Part shown: one piece after another, positions 9,580 to 22,503 of the stretch
How the letters are laid out: every line of letters starts with the position of its first letter
Numbering within the stretch: position 1 is the stretch's first letter
Notes under the pieces: model-generated
Told to the model about the DNA's origin: nothing
Seen by the model: the letters and a program-made list of their open reading frames with translations, nothing else
Database searches by the model: none
Program-made: the position numbers and the translations under genes
Source of the DNA: Gammaproteobacteria bacterium
Lineage (GTDB): Bacteria; Pseudomonadota; Gammaproteobacteria; GCA-001735895
Assembly: GCA_050298595.1 (NCBI GenBank)
Contig: JBNKUM010000062.1
Span: forward strand, 32,001-96,000
Direction: 5' to 3'
DNA: 64,000 nt

Positions 9580-9616
9580 AAAACTCATGAGTCACCGTTA
9601 GTGACTCATGAGTTTT
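9580..9616. terminator. Perfect 16-bp hairpin downstream of tRNA-Asn (terminator, potentially bidirectional)
   Basis: AAAACTCATGAGTCAC-CGTTA-GTGACTCATGAGTTTT. Confidence 0.75.
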
Positions 9617-9620
9617 GAGA

Positions 9621-9696
9621 TGGCTCCCCGGCCCGGGCTCGAACCAGGGACCCAATGATTAACAGTCATTTGCTCTACCAACTGAGCTACCGGGGA
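9621..9696 (-). tRNA. tRNA-Asn (GTT)
   Basis: Reverse complement TCCCCGGTAGCTCAGTTGGTAGAGCAAATGACTGTTAATCATTGGGTCCCTGGTTCGAGCCCGGGCCGGGGAGCCA; cloverleaf, encoded CCA. Confidence 0.97.
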
Positions 9697-9708
9697 ATTG
9701 CGGAGCGT

Positions 9709-9737
9709 ATGGTAATGGAAAAGAAACTAATCAGCAA
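9709..9737 (-). promoter_or_regulatory. Sigma70 promoter of tRNA-Asn
   Basis: Minus strand TTGCTG-17 bp-TACCAT followed by the GC-rich discriminator ACGCTCCGC. Confidence 0.6.
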
Positions 9738-9743
9738 TAGTAT

Positions 9744-10937
9744 TTAAATGTTTTTTTCAAAAACTTTTCCGATCCTTTGCAATGCCCTTTCAAGGTTCTG
9801 CATTGAGGTTGCAAACGATAATCTCATATAGCCAGGGGCTCCAAATGCTGAGCCCGGCACTACGGCTACTCCAGCGCTATCCAGTAGATGATTTGCTACT
9901 GCTACATCGTCCGTCAGATCAGGGCGGCTATCGATAAATGATTGAATATCAGGGAAGCTGTAAAAGGTACCATCTGAGGGAAGGCATCGAATATGAGTGA
10001 TAGAGTTGAGTGTTTGTACTACATAATCATGGCGCTTTTTGAACGCCGCGAGCATCTCTTGTATGCAAGTTTGATCACCATTTAAAGCAGCTACGGCAGC
10101 AGCCTGGGAGATAGAAGCTGGATTTGAGGTGCTTTGGGACTGTATTTTTTTCATCGCCCGGATGATATTGACGGGGCCTGCAGCATATCCAATTCGCCAC
10201 CCAGTCATGGAATAGGCTTTGGATACCCCATTCAGTACCAGGCAGCGATCATATAAATCTGCGTTCGCATTCAGAATATTGCTGAAGCCTTCGTCATTCC
10301 AGATGATGTGTTCGTACATGTCATCGGTAACCACCAGAATTTCGGGGTGCTGGATTAACACGTCGGCAATGTCCTTTAATTCCTTGTGGGAATAGGCTAT
10401 ACCAGTGGGATTAGAAGGACTGTTAATGACTACTATGCGAGTCTTCGGAGTAATCGATGCCAGCAGTTTTTCCGCTGTCATTTTAAAGTTTTCAGCCAGG
10501 GTGCTTTCAACCACCACGGGTACTGCATCAGCCAGAAGTACCATATCAGGATAAGAAACCCAGTAAGGCGCGGGGATGATGACTTCGTCACCTTTATTCA
10601 GGTATGCCTGACAAAGGTTGAAAAAGCTTTGCTTACCACCACTGGAAACCAGTATCTGGTCGGCTGCATAGTCGAGACCGTTGTCTCGTTTAAATTTATC
10701 AATAATCGCCTGTTTCAGTTCTGCTGTTCCATCAACGGCGGTATACTTGGTCTGGCCGTTGTTAATGGCTTGTATAGCAGCCTGTTTAATATGTTGCGGG
10801 GTATCGAAGTCGGGTTCGCCTGCGCCCAGCCCGATGACATCACGTCCCTGAGCACGAAGTTGACTGGCAAGATTGGTTACTGCCAGGGTTGGAGAAGGTT
10901 TGATAGCATTGACACGGTCAGATAGTCGGTATTTCAA
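9744..10937 (-). CDS. PLP-dependent class I aminotransferase (aspartate aminotransferase-like)
   Basis: GAGEPDF, NSPSNPTG and GVSKAYSMTGWRIGY (PLP lysine); divergent from uvrB. Confidence 0.93.
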   Translation of the reverse strand: MKYRLSDRVNAIKPSPTLAVTNLASQLRAQGRDVIGLGAGEPDFDTPQHIKQAAIQAINNGQTKYTAVDGTAELKQAIIDKFKRDNGLDYAADQILVSSGGKQSFFNLCQAYLNKGDEVIIPAPYWVSYPDMVLLADAVPVVVESTLAENFKMTAEKLLASITPKTRIVVINSPSNPTGIAYSHKELKDIADVLIQHPEILVVTDDMYEHIIWNDEGFSNILNANADLYDRCLVLNGVSKAYSMTGWRIGYAAGPVNIIRAMKKIQSQSTSNPASISQAAAVAALNGDQTCIQEMLAAFKKRHDYVVQTLNSITHIRCLPSDGTFYSFPDIQSFIDSRPDLTDDVAVANHLLDSAGVAVVPGSAFGAPGYMRLSFATSMQNLERALQRIGKVFEKNI

Positions 10938-11074
10938 GTCGATGGCCCTTACTTTGATTAATCGTGAAAAGCTTTAGCATACAGTCTGATTCAGGGCTGA
11001 TAAAGTGTTACCGCTAGCTTAAAAATTAAATTGTTATTCTGTTTGAATAAATAAAGTGTGGAAGTTATTTCTGT

Positions 11075-13081
11075 ATGTCAAAACCGTTCCAACTGGTAAC
11101 CAATTATCAGCCTGCTGGTGACCAGCCTCAGGCAATAGCTGGTCTGATTGAAGGGATCAATGATGGCTTGATGCATCAGACCCTGCTGGGTGTCACCGGC
11201 TCGGGTAAAACCTTTACCATGGCTAATGTGATTGCTGATTTACAACGTCCGGCTATCATTATGGCGCATAATAAAACCCTGGCTGCTCAGCTATATGGAG
11301 AGATGAAAGAGTTTTTCCCCAATAACTCTGTGCAATACTTTGTTTCCTATTACGACTATTACCAGCCCGAAGCTTATGTGGCTGCATCGGATACCTTCAT
11401 AGAAAAGGATGCATCGATTAATGAGCATATCGAACAGATGCGCCTGTCAGCTACCAAGTCTTTGTTCGAACGTAAAGATACGATTATTGTAGCGTCTGTC
11501 TCTGCTATCTATGGTTTAGGTGACCCTGAGTCCTATCTCAAGATGTTGTTGCATGTGGTGCAGGGCGATCTGATCGATCAGCGTAGAATACTGCGCAGGC
11601 TGGCCGAGTTGCAGTACACCCGCAACGATATTGAGCTCAAACGGGGTACCTATCGAGTACGCGGAGACGTTATCGAAATTCACCCGGCAGATAGTGAACG
11701 CGAAGCAGTGCGTATTGAATTGTTTGATAATGAGGTCGAGCAACTCAGTATGTTTGATCCCTTAACAGGAGAGATACTGGAGCGGGTTAAGCGTATTACT
11801 GTCTACCCTAAAACACACTATGTTACTCCTCGCGAAACCATTGTAGCAGCGCTGGAAGATATTAAGGTTGAATTGCAGCAGCGTCTGGCACAACTGACCG
11901 AATTGAACAAACTGGTTGAAGCGCAACGTCTGGAACAGCGCGTCAATTATGATATTGAGATGATGCTGGAGCTGGGCTATTGCAGTGGTATAGAAAACTA
12001 CTCGCGCTATCTATCGGGCAGACAACCTGGCGAGCCGCCACCGACTTTATTTGATTACTTACCAAAAGATTGCCTGTTGTTCATTGATGAAAGCCATGTC
12101 AGTGTGCCGCAGATCGGTGGTATGTATAAAGGTGATCGTTCGCGTAAGGAAACTCTGGTTGAGTATGGGTTTCGGCTACCATCTGCGCTGGATAATCGAC
12201 CACTACGTTTTGAGGAATTTGAGCGCCTGTCTCCGCAGACGATATTTGTTTCCGCTACACCTGGAAAATATGAAGATGAAAATGCTGCTGCAGTGGTCGA
12301 ACAGGTAGTGCGCCCCACCGGGCTGGTTGATCCGGTTATTGAGATTAAACCCGCCACCTCACAGGTAGATGATCTGCTTTCAGAAATCAATGTGCGGGTA
12401 AATTTATCTGAACGGGTGCTGGTTACTACGCTAACCAAGCGCATGGCTGAGGATTTGACCGACTACCTGGGTGAGCATGGGATTAAAGTCCGCTACCTTC
12501 ATTCGGATATAGATACGGTAGAACGCATGGAAATCATTCGTGATTTACGTCTGGGTGAATTCGACGTGCTAGTCGGAATCAATTTGCTCCGCGAAGGTCT
12601 GGATATGCCAGAGGTTTCACTGGTGGCCATACTGGATGCTGATAAGGAAGGTTTTTTGAGATCGGACCGGGCTCTGATACAGACTATAGGTCGAGCAGCA
12701 AGAAACCTCACTGGTAAAGCCATACTTTATGCTGACCGGATAACGGGGTCCATGCAGCGTGCTATCGATGAAACACAAAGACGTCGCGACAAGCAACTGG
12801 CCTTTAATAAGGAACATAACATTACACCTGTAGGTATCAGCAAGCAGATAACCGATGTGATGGATATGGGGCAGGGACGGGGTACACCAGGTCTCCGTAA
12901 AATAGCTGAAGCTGAGGGCCTGTATCATCATAAAATGTCACCCACAGAGTTGAAAAAGCGTCTATCTGTATTGGAAAAGAAGATGTATGAACATGCGAAT
13001 AACCTGGAGTTTGAACAGGCTGCACAGCTTAGAGATGAAATTGAAGCACTTAAAAATAAACATTATATTGCTGAAGCTTAA
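11075..13081 (+). CDS. uvrB: Excinuclease ABC subunit B
   Basis: [33 protein letters not shown]-terminal UVR motif [11 protein letters not shown]. Confidence 0.99.
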   Translation: MSKPFQLVTNYQPAGDQPQAIAGLIEGINDGLMHQTLLGVTGSGKTFTMANVIADLQRPAIIMAHNKTLAAQLYGEMKEFFPNNSVQYFVSYYDYYQPEAYVAASDTFIEKDASINEHIEQMRLSATKSLFERKDTIIVASVSAIYGLGDPESYLKMLLHVVQGDLIDQRRILRRLAELQYTRNDIELKRGTYRVRGDVIEIHPADSEREAVRIELFDNEVEQLSMFDPLTGEILERVKRITVYPKTHYVTPRETIVAALEDIKVELQQRLAQLTELNKLVEAQRLEQRVNYDIEMMLELGYCSGIENYSRYLSGRQPGEPPPTLFDYLPKDCLLFIDESHVSVPQIGGMYKGDRSRKETLVEYGFRLPSALDNRPLRFEEFERLSPQTIFVSATPGKYEDENAAAVVEQVVRPTGLVDPVIEIKPATSQVDDLLSEINVRVNLSERVLVTTLTKRMAEDLTDYLGEHGIKVRYLHSDIDTVERMEIIRDLRLGEFDVLVGINLLREGLDMPEVSLVAILDADKEGFLRSDRALIQTIGRAARNLTGKAILYADRITGSMQRAIDETQRRRDKQLAFNKEHNITPVGISKQITDVMDMGQGRGTPGLRKIAEAEGLYHHKMSPTELKKRLSVLEKKMYEHANNLEFEQAAQLRDEIEALKNKHYIAEA

Positions 13082-13263
13082 GCATATATATTGAAAGTTT
13101 AGACCTGGTTTAATGATTGGTAAGATTTCTCTATGTCAATTCTCAGTCTTAAAAACCTAAAGGCAATAAAAAGTTTCCATATTTCACACACTTATAAGCA
13201 GTGTATATATAGATAAAATTAAATAAATGGATTAGTATTCGTGTGGTTAAGCTAAGAAATCTC

Positions 13264-13285
13264 TGCATATTTTGATATGCACCAA
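13264..13285 (+). promoter_or_regulatory. Overlapping candidate operators upstream of sqr
   Basis: Palindrome TGCATAT-N4-ATATGCA (13264-13281) and FNR-like TTGAT-ATGC-ACCAA (13272-13285, one mismatch). Confidence 0.4.
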
Positions 13286-13357
13286 TTGTGTGATATGGAT
13301 CTATGCAAAGGTTTCTTGAGAAAACCAAAAACCAAAACTAAAAAATAATCAATTTAG

Positions 13358-14638
<1,281 letters not shown>

Positions 14639-14657
14639 TATCTACTGCAAGTAACTT

Positions 14658-14685
14658 AAAAAGCCCCATTTATGGGGCTTTTTTT
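14658..14685 (+). terminator. Rho-independent terminator of sqr
   Basis: AAAAAGCCCCAT-TT-ATGGGGCTTTTTTT. Confidence 0.88.
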
Positions 14686-14754
14686 ATTTTCTATTTCATG
14701 TAGTTGGAGATTGATTATTTAATTTTGTGATGTAGAATACCCGACCTGATTTGC

Positions 14755-14831
14755 AGGCGCGTAGCTCAGTTGGTTAGAGCACCACCTTGACATGGTGGGG
14801 GTCGGTGGTTCGAATCCACTCGCGCCTACCA
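14755..14831 (+). tRNA. tRNA-Val (GAC)
   Basis: AGGCGCGTAGCTCAGTTGGTTAGAGCACCACCTTGACATGGTGGGGGTCGGTGGTTCGAATCCACTCGCGCCTACCA. Confidence 0.97.
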
Positions 14832-14886
14832 GATTTATCTGGTAGTACTTTCCCGATTTTAATTAAACTATCTTTTTGATTAACAC

Positions 14887-14907
14887 GTGGCCTTTGGTAG
14901 GGGTCAC
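14887..14907 (+). promoter_or_regulatory. thrS translational operator: hairpin mimicking the tRNA-Thr(GGU) anticodon arm
   Basis: GTGGCCT-TTGGTAG-GGGTCAC: 7-bp stem with a 7-nt loop and central GGT, 9 nt before the AGGA RBS. Confidence 0.6.
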
Positions 14908-14925
14908 CACTGAAACAGGATCAAT

Positions 14926-16839
14926 ATGCCTCAAGTTACACTTCCCGATGGTTCTATTCGTTCGTTCGATCAAGCCGTATCAATCATAGAAATAGCTACT
15001 GATATTGGTCCAGGTCTAGCTAAAGCTACACTGGCTGGAAAGGTCAATGGTCAACTGGTCGATGCCTCTTTTATTATTAGAGATGATGCTGAAGTCTCAA
15101 TTATTACCAGTCGTGATGAAGAAGCGCTGGAGTTAATGAGACACGACGCAGCTCATGTTATGGCCCAGGCGGTTCAGGAATTATACCCAGGAACACAGGT
15201 CACGATAGGGCCTGCGATTGAAGATGGCTTCTATTACGATTTTTATCGTGACGAGGCATTTACTCCAGACGATTTAACCCTGATCGAACAGCGGATGCAT
15301 GAAATCGTCAAACGGAATCTACCTATTGTGCGAGAAGTCATGGATCGGGATCAGGCGGTTACTACTTTTGCTGATCTGGGTGAAGAATATAAGGTTGAGA
15401 TTATTAAAGACATCATTCCCGAGGGTGAAGAAGTATCCATCTATCGTCAGGGAGACTGGTTTGATGTTTGTCGCGGTCCACATTTGCCATCTACCGGTAA
15501 GCTCGGGCAGGGCTTTAAGTTGATGAAGCTGGCAGGCGCTTACTGGCGTGGTGATTCCAATAATGTAATGCTGCAACGTATCTATGGAACTGCCTGGAGT
15601 GATAAGAAGCAGCTAAAGGATTACCTACATCGACTGGAAGAAGCTGAAAAGCGCGACCATCGTCGTATAGGTAAGAAGCTTGATCTATTCCATATTCAGG
15701 AAGAAGCACCGGGTGAGGTTTTCTGGCATGAAAAGGGCTGGACTATCTATCAGGCCGTTCAGCAATACATGCGCAAGAAACAGCAGCAGTATAACTATAA
15801 GGAAATCAATACACCTCAGGTTGTGGATTTTTCTCTGTGGGAAAAATCAGGCCATGCGGCCAAGTTCAGTGCTGATATGTTCACGCTGGAAGCTGAAGGC
15901 AGGCAGTTTGCAATCAAGCCAATGAATTGTCCCTGTCATATTCAAGTGTTTAATCAGGGCTTGAAAAGCTACCGAGATTTACCATTAAGACTTGCTGAGT
16001 TTGGTTCCTGCCATCGAAATGAAATGTCAGGTGCGTTACATGGATTGATGCGGGTAAGAGCGTTTGTGCAGGATGATGCACATATCTTTTGTACCGAACA
16101 GCAGATTCAGTCCGAAGTGGCTGATTTCATCGATTTCCTGCATGAGGTTTATAGGGATTTTGGCTTTAATGAAGTGATCTATCGCTTATCCACTCGTCCT
16201 GAAAATCGTGTTGGTAGTGACGAGGTTTGGGATAAAGCTGAAAAGGCATTAGCCGAAGCAATGGATGCCAAACAGCTGGATTGGGATGAGTTACCTGGAG
16301 AAGGCGCTTTTTATGGACCAAAAATCGAATTTACTTTGAAAGATTGTATAGGACGTGAGTGGCAATGTGGTACGATCCAGGTCGACTTTTCTATGCCGGG
16401 TCGTCTGAACGCGCAATATGTTGATGAAGACGGTTCGCGTCAAACTCCAGTCATGCTGCACCGAGCGATTCTGGGATCATTTGAGCGATTTATTGGGATT
16501 CTTATAGAACAGCATGAAGGCAAGATGCCGCTCTGGTTATCCCCCGTACAGGCTGTTCTGATGAATATAACTGATAAACAGGCTGCTTATATTCAAGATG
16601 TTGAAAAAAGTCTTAAAAATCAGGGTTTCAGAGTAATTTCTGACTTGAGAAACGAGAAGATCGGCTTTAAAATTCGCGAGCACACAATGCAGCGCGTTCC
16701 TTACCTCCTTGTAGTCGGTGATCGGGAGATGGAGCAGGGTGAGATTGCTGTACGTAGTCAGGCAGGTGAAGATCTGGGAAGTATGAAGATCGACGCTTTT
16801 ATCTCTAGAGCTCAGGCTCAGATACAAAACTACGAATAG
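14926..16839 (+). CDS. thrS: Threonine--tRNA ligase
   Basis: TGS domain, [42 protein letters not shown]. Confidence 0.99.
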   Translation: MPQVTLPDGSIRSFDQAVSIIEIATDIGPGLAKATLAGKVNGQLVDASFIIRDDAEVSIITSRDEEALELMRHDAAHVMAQAVQELYPGTQVTIGPAIEDGFYYDFYRDEAFTPDDLTLIEQRMHEIVKRNLPIVREVMDRDQAVTTFADLGEEYKVEIIKDIIPEGEEVSIYRQGDWFDVCRGPHLPSTGKLGQGFKLMKLAGAYWRGDSNNVMLQRIYGTAWSDKKQLKDYLHRLEEAEKRDHRRIGKKLDLFHIQEEAPGEVFWHEKGWTIYQAVQQYMRKKQQQYNYKEINTPQVVDFSLWEKSGHAAKFSADMFTLEAEGRQFAIKPMNCPCHIQVFNQGLKSYRDLPLRLAEFGSCHRNEMSGALHGLMRVRAFVQDDAHIFCTEQQIQSEVADFIDFLHEVYRDFGFNEVIYRLSTRPENRVGSDEVWDKAEKALAEAMDAKQLDWDELPGEGAFYGPKIEFTLKDCIGREWQCGTIQVDFSMPGRLNAQYVDEDGSRQTPVMLHRAILGSFERFIGILIEQHEGKMPLWLSPVQAVLMNITDKQAAYIQDVEKSLKNQGFRVISDLRNEKIGFKIREHTMQRVPYLLVVGDREMEQGEIAVRSQAGEDLGSMKIDAFISRAQAQIQNYE

Positions 16840-16876
16840 TAATTGAGTTATATGAATAATTGCGAGGAATAATCCA

Positions 16877-17395
16877 ATCGCTGATGATAAGCAAAGTCGT
16901 TTAAATGACGAAATTACGGTTCCTGAAGTTAGATTAATCGATCAGGATGGTGAACAAAAAGGTATTGTTTCAATACAGGAAGCTCTACAGGCCGCGGCAG
17001 ATGCCGAACTGGATCTGGTAGAAATTGTACCGAACAGTAAACCTCCAGTATGCCGCCTGATGGACTTTGGTAAGTTCAGGTTTCAGCAAAAGAAAAAATT
17101 ACATGACCAGCGCAAGAAACAGCGCCAGATACAGATTAAGGAAATTAAATTCCGACCTGGAACTGAATTGGGCGACTATCAGGTCAAGTTAAGAAAACTG
17201 ACTGAGTTCATAGAGGCAGGCGATCGAGCCAAGGTGACTGTACGTTTCCGTGGCCGAGAAATGGCTCATATGGAATTGGGAAGAAATTTACTCAAGCGTA
17301 TCGAAGAAGATATGAGTGAGGTAGCGACGGTGGATCAATATCCGCAGTCAGAAGGCCGTCAGATGACGATGTTACTGGTGCCTAAAAAGAAATAA
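16877..17395 (+). CDS. infC: Translation initiation factor IF-3 with a non-canonical ATC start
   Basis: Frame is open upstream of the 17060 ORF ([21 protein letters not shown]...[22 protein letters not shown]); GAGGA RBS 8 nt before ATC at 16877. Confidence 0.93.
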   Translation: MADDKQSRLNDEITVPEVRLIDQDGEQKGIVSIQEALQAAADAELDLVEIVPNSKPPVCRLMDFGKFRFQQKKKLHDQRKKQRQIQIKEIKFRPGTELGDYQVKLRKLTEFIEAGDRAKVTVRFRGREMAHMELGRNLLKRIEEDMSEVATVDQYPQSEGRQMTMLLVPKKK

Positions 17396-17485
17396 TCAGT
17401 AATACTGCCTGCGCAGTATTCGATTATTCAGTCGAAAGACTGGAAGTATACCCAAACACGCAGACTCCGGCGTGCAGGGTTTTTA
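17391..17485 (+). promoter_or_regulatory. Structured infC-rpmI intergenic leader (candidate L20 autoregulatory element)
   Basis: Stem AATAATC..AATACTGC/GCAGTATT.GATTATT includes the infC stop; CAGTC-GAAA-GACTG hairpin; ACCC..CACGC/GCGTG..GGGT stem plus T run. Confidence 0.4.
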
Positions 17486-17513
17486 TTTACTATTTATCGA
17501 ACGGGAGTTTGAA

Positions 17514-17711
17514 ATGCCTAAAATCAAATCGAGCCGGGGCGCTGCCAAGCGCTTCAAACGTAATGCGGCAGGTAACTATAAACGTGGCCAGTCTCATTTA
17601 CGTCATATCCTCACCAAAAAGAGCAGCAAGCGTAAACGTCATCTGGGCGATATGCTTGAAGTTAATGCTAGTGATGTACGTCAGGTACGTCGTCTTTTAC
17701 CCTATACATAG
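17514..17711 (+). CDS. rpmI: 50S ribosomal protein L35
   Basis: [15 protein letters not shown]...[14 protein letters not shown]; start at ATG 17514 after GGGAG. Confidence 0.97.
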   Translation: MPKIKSSRGAAKRFKRNAAGNYKRGQSHLRHILTKKSSKRKRHLGDMLEVNASDVRQVRRLLPYT

Positions 17712-17722
17712 GAAGGTGAGAA

Positions 17723-18088
17723 ATGCCTAGAGTTAAACGCGGTGTAACCGCACACGCACGTCATAAAAAAATTCTGGATAAAGCCAAAGGTTATCGTGGT
17801 GCACGCAGTAAGGTGTTCCGGGTAGCCAAGCAGGCTGTTACTAAAGCTGGCCAATACGCATACCGTGACCGTAAACAGAGAAAACGTCAGTTTCGTGCCT
17901 TATGGATCGCGCGTATTAATGCTGCTGCACGTGAAAACGGCATGTCTTATAGCGTATTCATGAATGGTCTGAAAAAAGCTGCAATTGAAGTTGATCGTAA
18001 GGTTCTTGCTGATATCGCAGTTTTTGATAAGCCAGCCTTTACCACTCTGGTTGAAAAAGCCAAAGCTGGTCTACAAGCTACTGCTTAA
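17723..18088 (+). CDS. rplT: 50S ribosomal protein L20
   Basis: MPRVKRGV...[23 protein letters not shown]. Confidence 0.99.
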   Translation: MPRVKRGVTAHARHKKILDKAKGYRGARSKVFRVAKQAVTKAGQYAYRDRKQRKRQFRALWIARINAAARENGMSYSVFMNGLKKAAIEVDRKVLADIAVFDKPAFTTLVEKAKAGLQATA

Positions 18089-19162
<1,074 letters not shown>

Positions 19163-19177
19163 TATCCGGTTGCTAAC

Positions 19178-21547
19178 ATGAAAATAAGTGAAAATTGGCT
19201 GAGAGAATGGGCTAATCCAGAATTAACCAGTGCACAGCTGGTCGCTCAATTGACTATGGCTGGGCTGGAAGTTGATTCAGTAGAAGCAGCGGCTCCAGAC
19301 CTTGATAAAGTGGTTGTCGCTGAAGTCCTAAGCTGTACCCAACATCCTGATGCAGATCGTTTAAATTTGTGCACCGTAAATGACGGTACAGGGGAGCCTG
19401 TGCAGGTTGTGTGTGGTGCGAAAAATGTTAAGCAAGGTTTGAAAGTTGTATTTGCACAGGTGGGCGCTGAACTACCTGGCTTTAAAATCAAGAAAGCTAA
19501 GCTACGTGGTGTCGAATCCAACGGCATGATTTGTTCTGAATCTGAATTGAAGCTAGCTGAGTCATCTGAAGGGATTCTGATACTGCCTGATGATGCTCCT
19601 GTCGGAACTTCTATCGTCAATTACCTTGGGCTTGATGATACGCTGATCGAAATCGATCTAACGCCTAATCGAGGTGATTGTTTAAGTGTCGCCGGTATTG
19701 CGAGGGAAGTGGTTGCAAATAATGGTGTACCTATAACGCCCCCTGAAGATCATAAGGTAGCCGATAGTATTCAGGACACTTTCTCTGTCGAGCTGATAAA
19801 TGCAGAAGCCTGTCCTCATTATGTTGGACGAATCATCCGTGGTGTAAAAGCTGATGCCGAATCACCCTTATGGATGAAAGAAAAGCTGAGACGTTGTGGA
19901 CTACGTTCTATTAGTCCAGTGGTCGATGTAACCAATTACGTGATGATGGAACTTGGTCAGCCGATGCATGGCTTTGACCTGAACAAGCTCAGTGGTGGTA
20001 TTCGAGTGCGTAATGCTCATGCCGGAGAAAAAATTGAGCTACTTGATGGTTCTGAAGTTGAATGTCGAGATGATACTCTGGTAATAGCGGATCATGAAAA
20101 AGCAGTTGCCCTGGCTGGAATCATGGGTGGGCAGGGTTCATCTGTTCAAGATGATACTACTGATATTTTGCTGGAAGCTGCATTTTTCACCCCCAGACAT
20201 ATTGCTGGAAAGGCGCGTAGTTACGGTCTTCATACTGATTCCTCTCACCGTTTTGAGCGTGGTGTTGATCCTGAGCTTCAAGTAACAGCAATCCACCGTG
20301 CGAGTAAACTTTTAATCGAGATTGTTGGCGGAGAGGCGGGCCCTGTTTTCGAAAAATTAGCATCAGAGAATTTACCCATTAAACCGGATATTCTATTGCG
20401 ACATGCGCGTATTGAGCGTCTGCTGGGTATAAAGGTTAGCCAGCAACAGGTTGAGAAAATTCTTACAGGTCTGAATATTGAATCTACCCAGCAAGCTGAT
20501 GACTGGTTGGTTAAAGCACCAAGCTATCGCTTTGATATTAATATCGAAGTGGACCTGATAGAGGAAATAGGCCGCATTATTGGTTATGACAATATTCCTG
20601 GCACTCAGGAGGCTGTACACGCGAGAATGAGTTCTTTCTCTGAATCCAGAGTTGATGTTGATCGCATGCGCAACTTATTGGTTGATCGAGGCTATTACGA
20701 AGCAATTACCTACTCATTCGTTTCACCGGAAATTCAGGAAATTCTGCATCCAGAACAGGAAACGCTTTCACTCAGTAATCCAATCTCTTCAGATATGTCT
20801 GAAATGCGTACCCGGCTGCTACCTGGCCTTATTCAGGTTGCCAGGCATAATCTTAATAGACAGCAATCACGTATTAGACTGTTTGAAACAGGGTTGTGCT
20901 TTATACCTGAGGGTGAAGAACTGATTCAAAAACCTCATATTTCTGCAATCATATCGGGTAATAGTGAGGCGGAAAGCTGGACAGCCGAAAACAAAGCAGT
21001 TGATTTTTATGATATTAAAGGTGATTTGCAGTCTCTGATGCAAATGGCCAATGCACAGGAATTTGAGTTTAGGAAAACTCAAAATCAAATCATGCATCCT
21101 GGTCAGGCGGCGGATATCTATTTTCAGGATGAGTTAGTTGGATTTGTTGGCGCCTTGCATCCAGCTGTATTGAAAGCACTGGATATAGATCAAAAACTGT
21201 TTGTGTTTGAAATTGAATTAGAGGTGTTGCTGTCTCGTCGTGTGACTGAGTTCAAAGGTTTATCTAAATTCCCTTCTATCAGGCGTGATTTAGCTCTGAT
21301 GGTAGACGAAAACGTGACGGCTCAAGAGTTGATTGATACGATATATTCTTTAAAGTCCAAAATAATCCATGACGTTTTTGTATTTGATGTCTATACTGGT
21401 AACGAATTCATAAGTTTTCGAAAAAGTGTCGCTTTAGGCTTGATTTTACAGGACTTTTCACGCACTCTAATGGATCAGGATGTCGAGAAAACTGTTTCAG
21501 ATGTTCTGCATATTCTCGAAAAACAACATAATGCAGTCTTGAGGTAA
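19178..21547 (+). CDS. pheT: Phenylalanine--tRNA ligase beta subunit
   Basis: MKISENWLREW, HPDADRL, LTPNRGDCLS, RFERGVD, SKFPSIRRDLA. Confidence 0.98.
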   Translation: MKISENWLREWANPELTSAQLVAQLTMAGLEVDSVEAAAPDLDKVVVAEVLSCTQHPDADRLNLCTVNDGTGEPVQVVCGAKNVKQGLKVVFAQVGAELPGFKIKKAKLRGVESNGMICSESELKLAESSEGILILPDDAPVGTSIVNYLGLDDTLIEIDLTPNRGDCLSVAGIAREVVANNGVPITPPEDHKVADSIQDTFSVELINAEACPHYVGRIIRGVKADAESPLWMKEKLRRCGLRSISPVVDVTNYVMMELGQPMHGFDLNKLSGGIRVRNAHAGEKIELLDGSEVECRDDTLVIADHEKAVALAGIMGGQGSSVQDDTTDILLEAAFFTPRHIAGKARSYGLHTDSSHRFERGVDPELQVTAIHRASKLLIEIVGGEAGPVFEKLASENLPIKPDILLRHARIERLLGIKVSQQQVEKILTGLNIESTQQADDWLVKAPSYRFDINIEVDLIEEIGRIIGYDNIPGTQEAVHARMSSFSESRVDVDRMRNLLVDRGYYEAITYSFVSPEIQEILHPEQETLSLSNPISSDMSEMRTRLLPGLIQVARHNLNRQQSRIRLFETGLCFIPEGEELIQKPHISAIISGNSEAESWTAENKAVDFYDIKGDLQSLMQMANAQEFEFRKTQNQIMHPGQAADIYFQDELVGFVGALHPAVLKALDIDQKLFVFEIELEVLLSRRVTEFKGLSKFPSIRRDLALMVDENVTAQELIDTIYSLKSKIIHDVFVFDVYTGNEFISFRKSVALGLILQDFSRTLMDQDVEKTVSDVLHILEKQHNAVLR

Positions 21548-21554
21548 ATAATTC

Positions 21555-21851
21555 ATGTCTTTGACCAAAGCTGATATGGCCGAAATGCTGTTTGATGAAC
21601 TTGGTCTCAATAAACGCGAAGCCAAAGAGATCGTTGAACATTTTTTCGAAGAAGTTAAAGTGGCGCTGGAGACTGGGCATCAGGTAAAGCTTTCGGGGTT
21701 TGGAAATTTTCTAACTCGATCCAAAGCTGAACGACCAGGACGTAATCCAAAAACAGGCGAAGAGATTCCAATCTCAGCCCGTAAAGTTGTCACATTTCGG
21801 CCTGGACAAAAATTAAAAATCAGAGTTGAAGCATATGCTGGAAGCGAGTAA
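21555..21851 (+). CDS. ihfA: Integration host factor alpha subunit
   Basis: [34 protein letters not shown]; follows pheT. Confidence 0.98.
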   Translation: MSLTKADMAEMLFDELGLNKREAKEIVEHFFEEVKVALETGHQVKLSGFGNFLTRSKAERPGRNPKTGEEIPISARKVVTFRPGQKLKIRVEAYAGSE

Positions 21852-22191
21852 CAATGATGAATTACCAGTTATCCCTGGTAAGCGTTACTTCACCATTGGT
21901 GAGGTCGCAGAACTATGTGATGTTAAACCACATGTTCTTCGTTATTGGGAGCAGGAATTTCCGCAACTTAAACCCGTAAAACGTCGAGGTAATCGCCGTT
22001 ATTATCAACGCCATGATGTATTGTTGATCCGTCAGATACGTTCTTTATTATACGATGAAGGATTTACTATAGGCGGAGCACGACAAAGGCTTGAAGGTGT
22101 TGATGCAAAAGAAGATAATAACCAAAGTCAGCAAATCATTAAACAAACTCTGATTGAACTGGAAGAATTACTCCACATTCTTAAGCGGTAG
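21835..22191 (+). CDS. MerR-family HTH regulator (ihfA-associated)
   Basis: [30 protein letters not shown]; conserved ihfA-merR-tRNA-Pro arrangement. Confidence 0.93.
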   Translation: MLEASNNDELPVIPGKRYFTIGEVAELCDVKPHVLRYWEQEFPQLKPVKRRGNRRYYQRHDVLLIRQIRSLLYDEGFTIGGARQRLEGVDAKEDNNQSQQIIKQTLIELEELLHILKR

Positions 22192-22216
22192 TTCGGTTAA
22201 AAACCAATCATATATT

Positions 22217-22293
<77 letters not shown>

Positions 22294-22295
22294 TT

Positions 22296-22385
22296 TTCAA
22301 ACTCTCGCTATTGCAGAGTTCTCTTTGGGGACCGAAGCATAGGCGAGAGGTTTTGAACCGAAAGAGGTTCATAAAATCGCCGCCT
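22296..22385. repeat. tRNA-linked repeat remnant containing an inverted copy of the tRNA-Pro T-arm/3' end
   Basis: 22342-22359 is the reverse complement of tRNA positions 22269-22286 at 17/18; degenerate direct copy TTCAAACTCTCGC at 22296-22308; GAACC-GAAAGA-GGTTC hairpin. Confidence 0.55.
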
Positions 22386-22503
22386 GAACATACTGATAAT
22401 CAATCATGATAAGACTAATAGATTTGAGTCCGTGGCTTCATTGTAAACTTCAAACCCATTCTGTCCACCTTGATAAACCATTTTGTGTGAAGAGGCAGCC
22501 CTG

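Noticed and set aside
11071-11086. LexA box CTGTATGTCAAAACCG at the uvrB start
   Set aside because: Mismatch in the conserved CAG half-site, and most of it is constrained by the coding sequence
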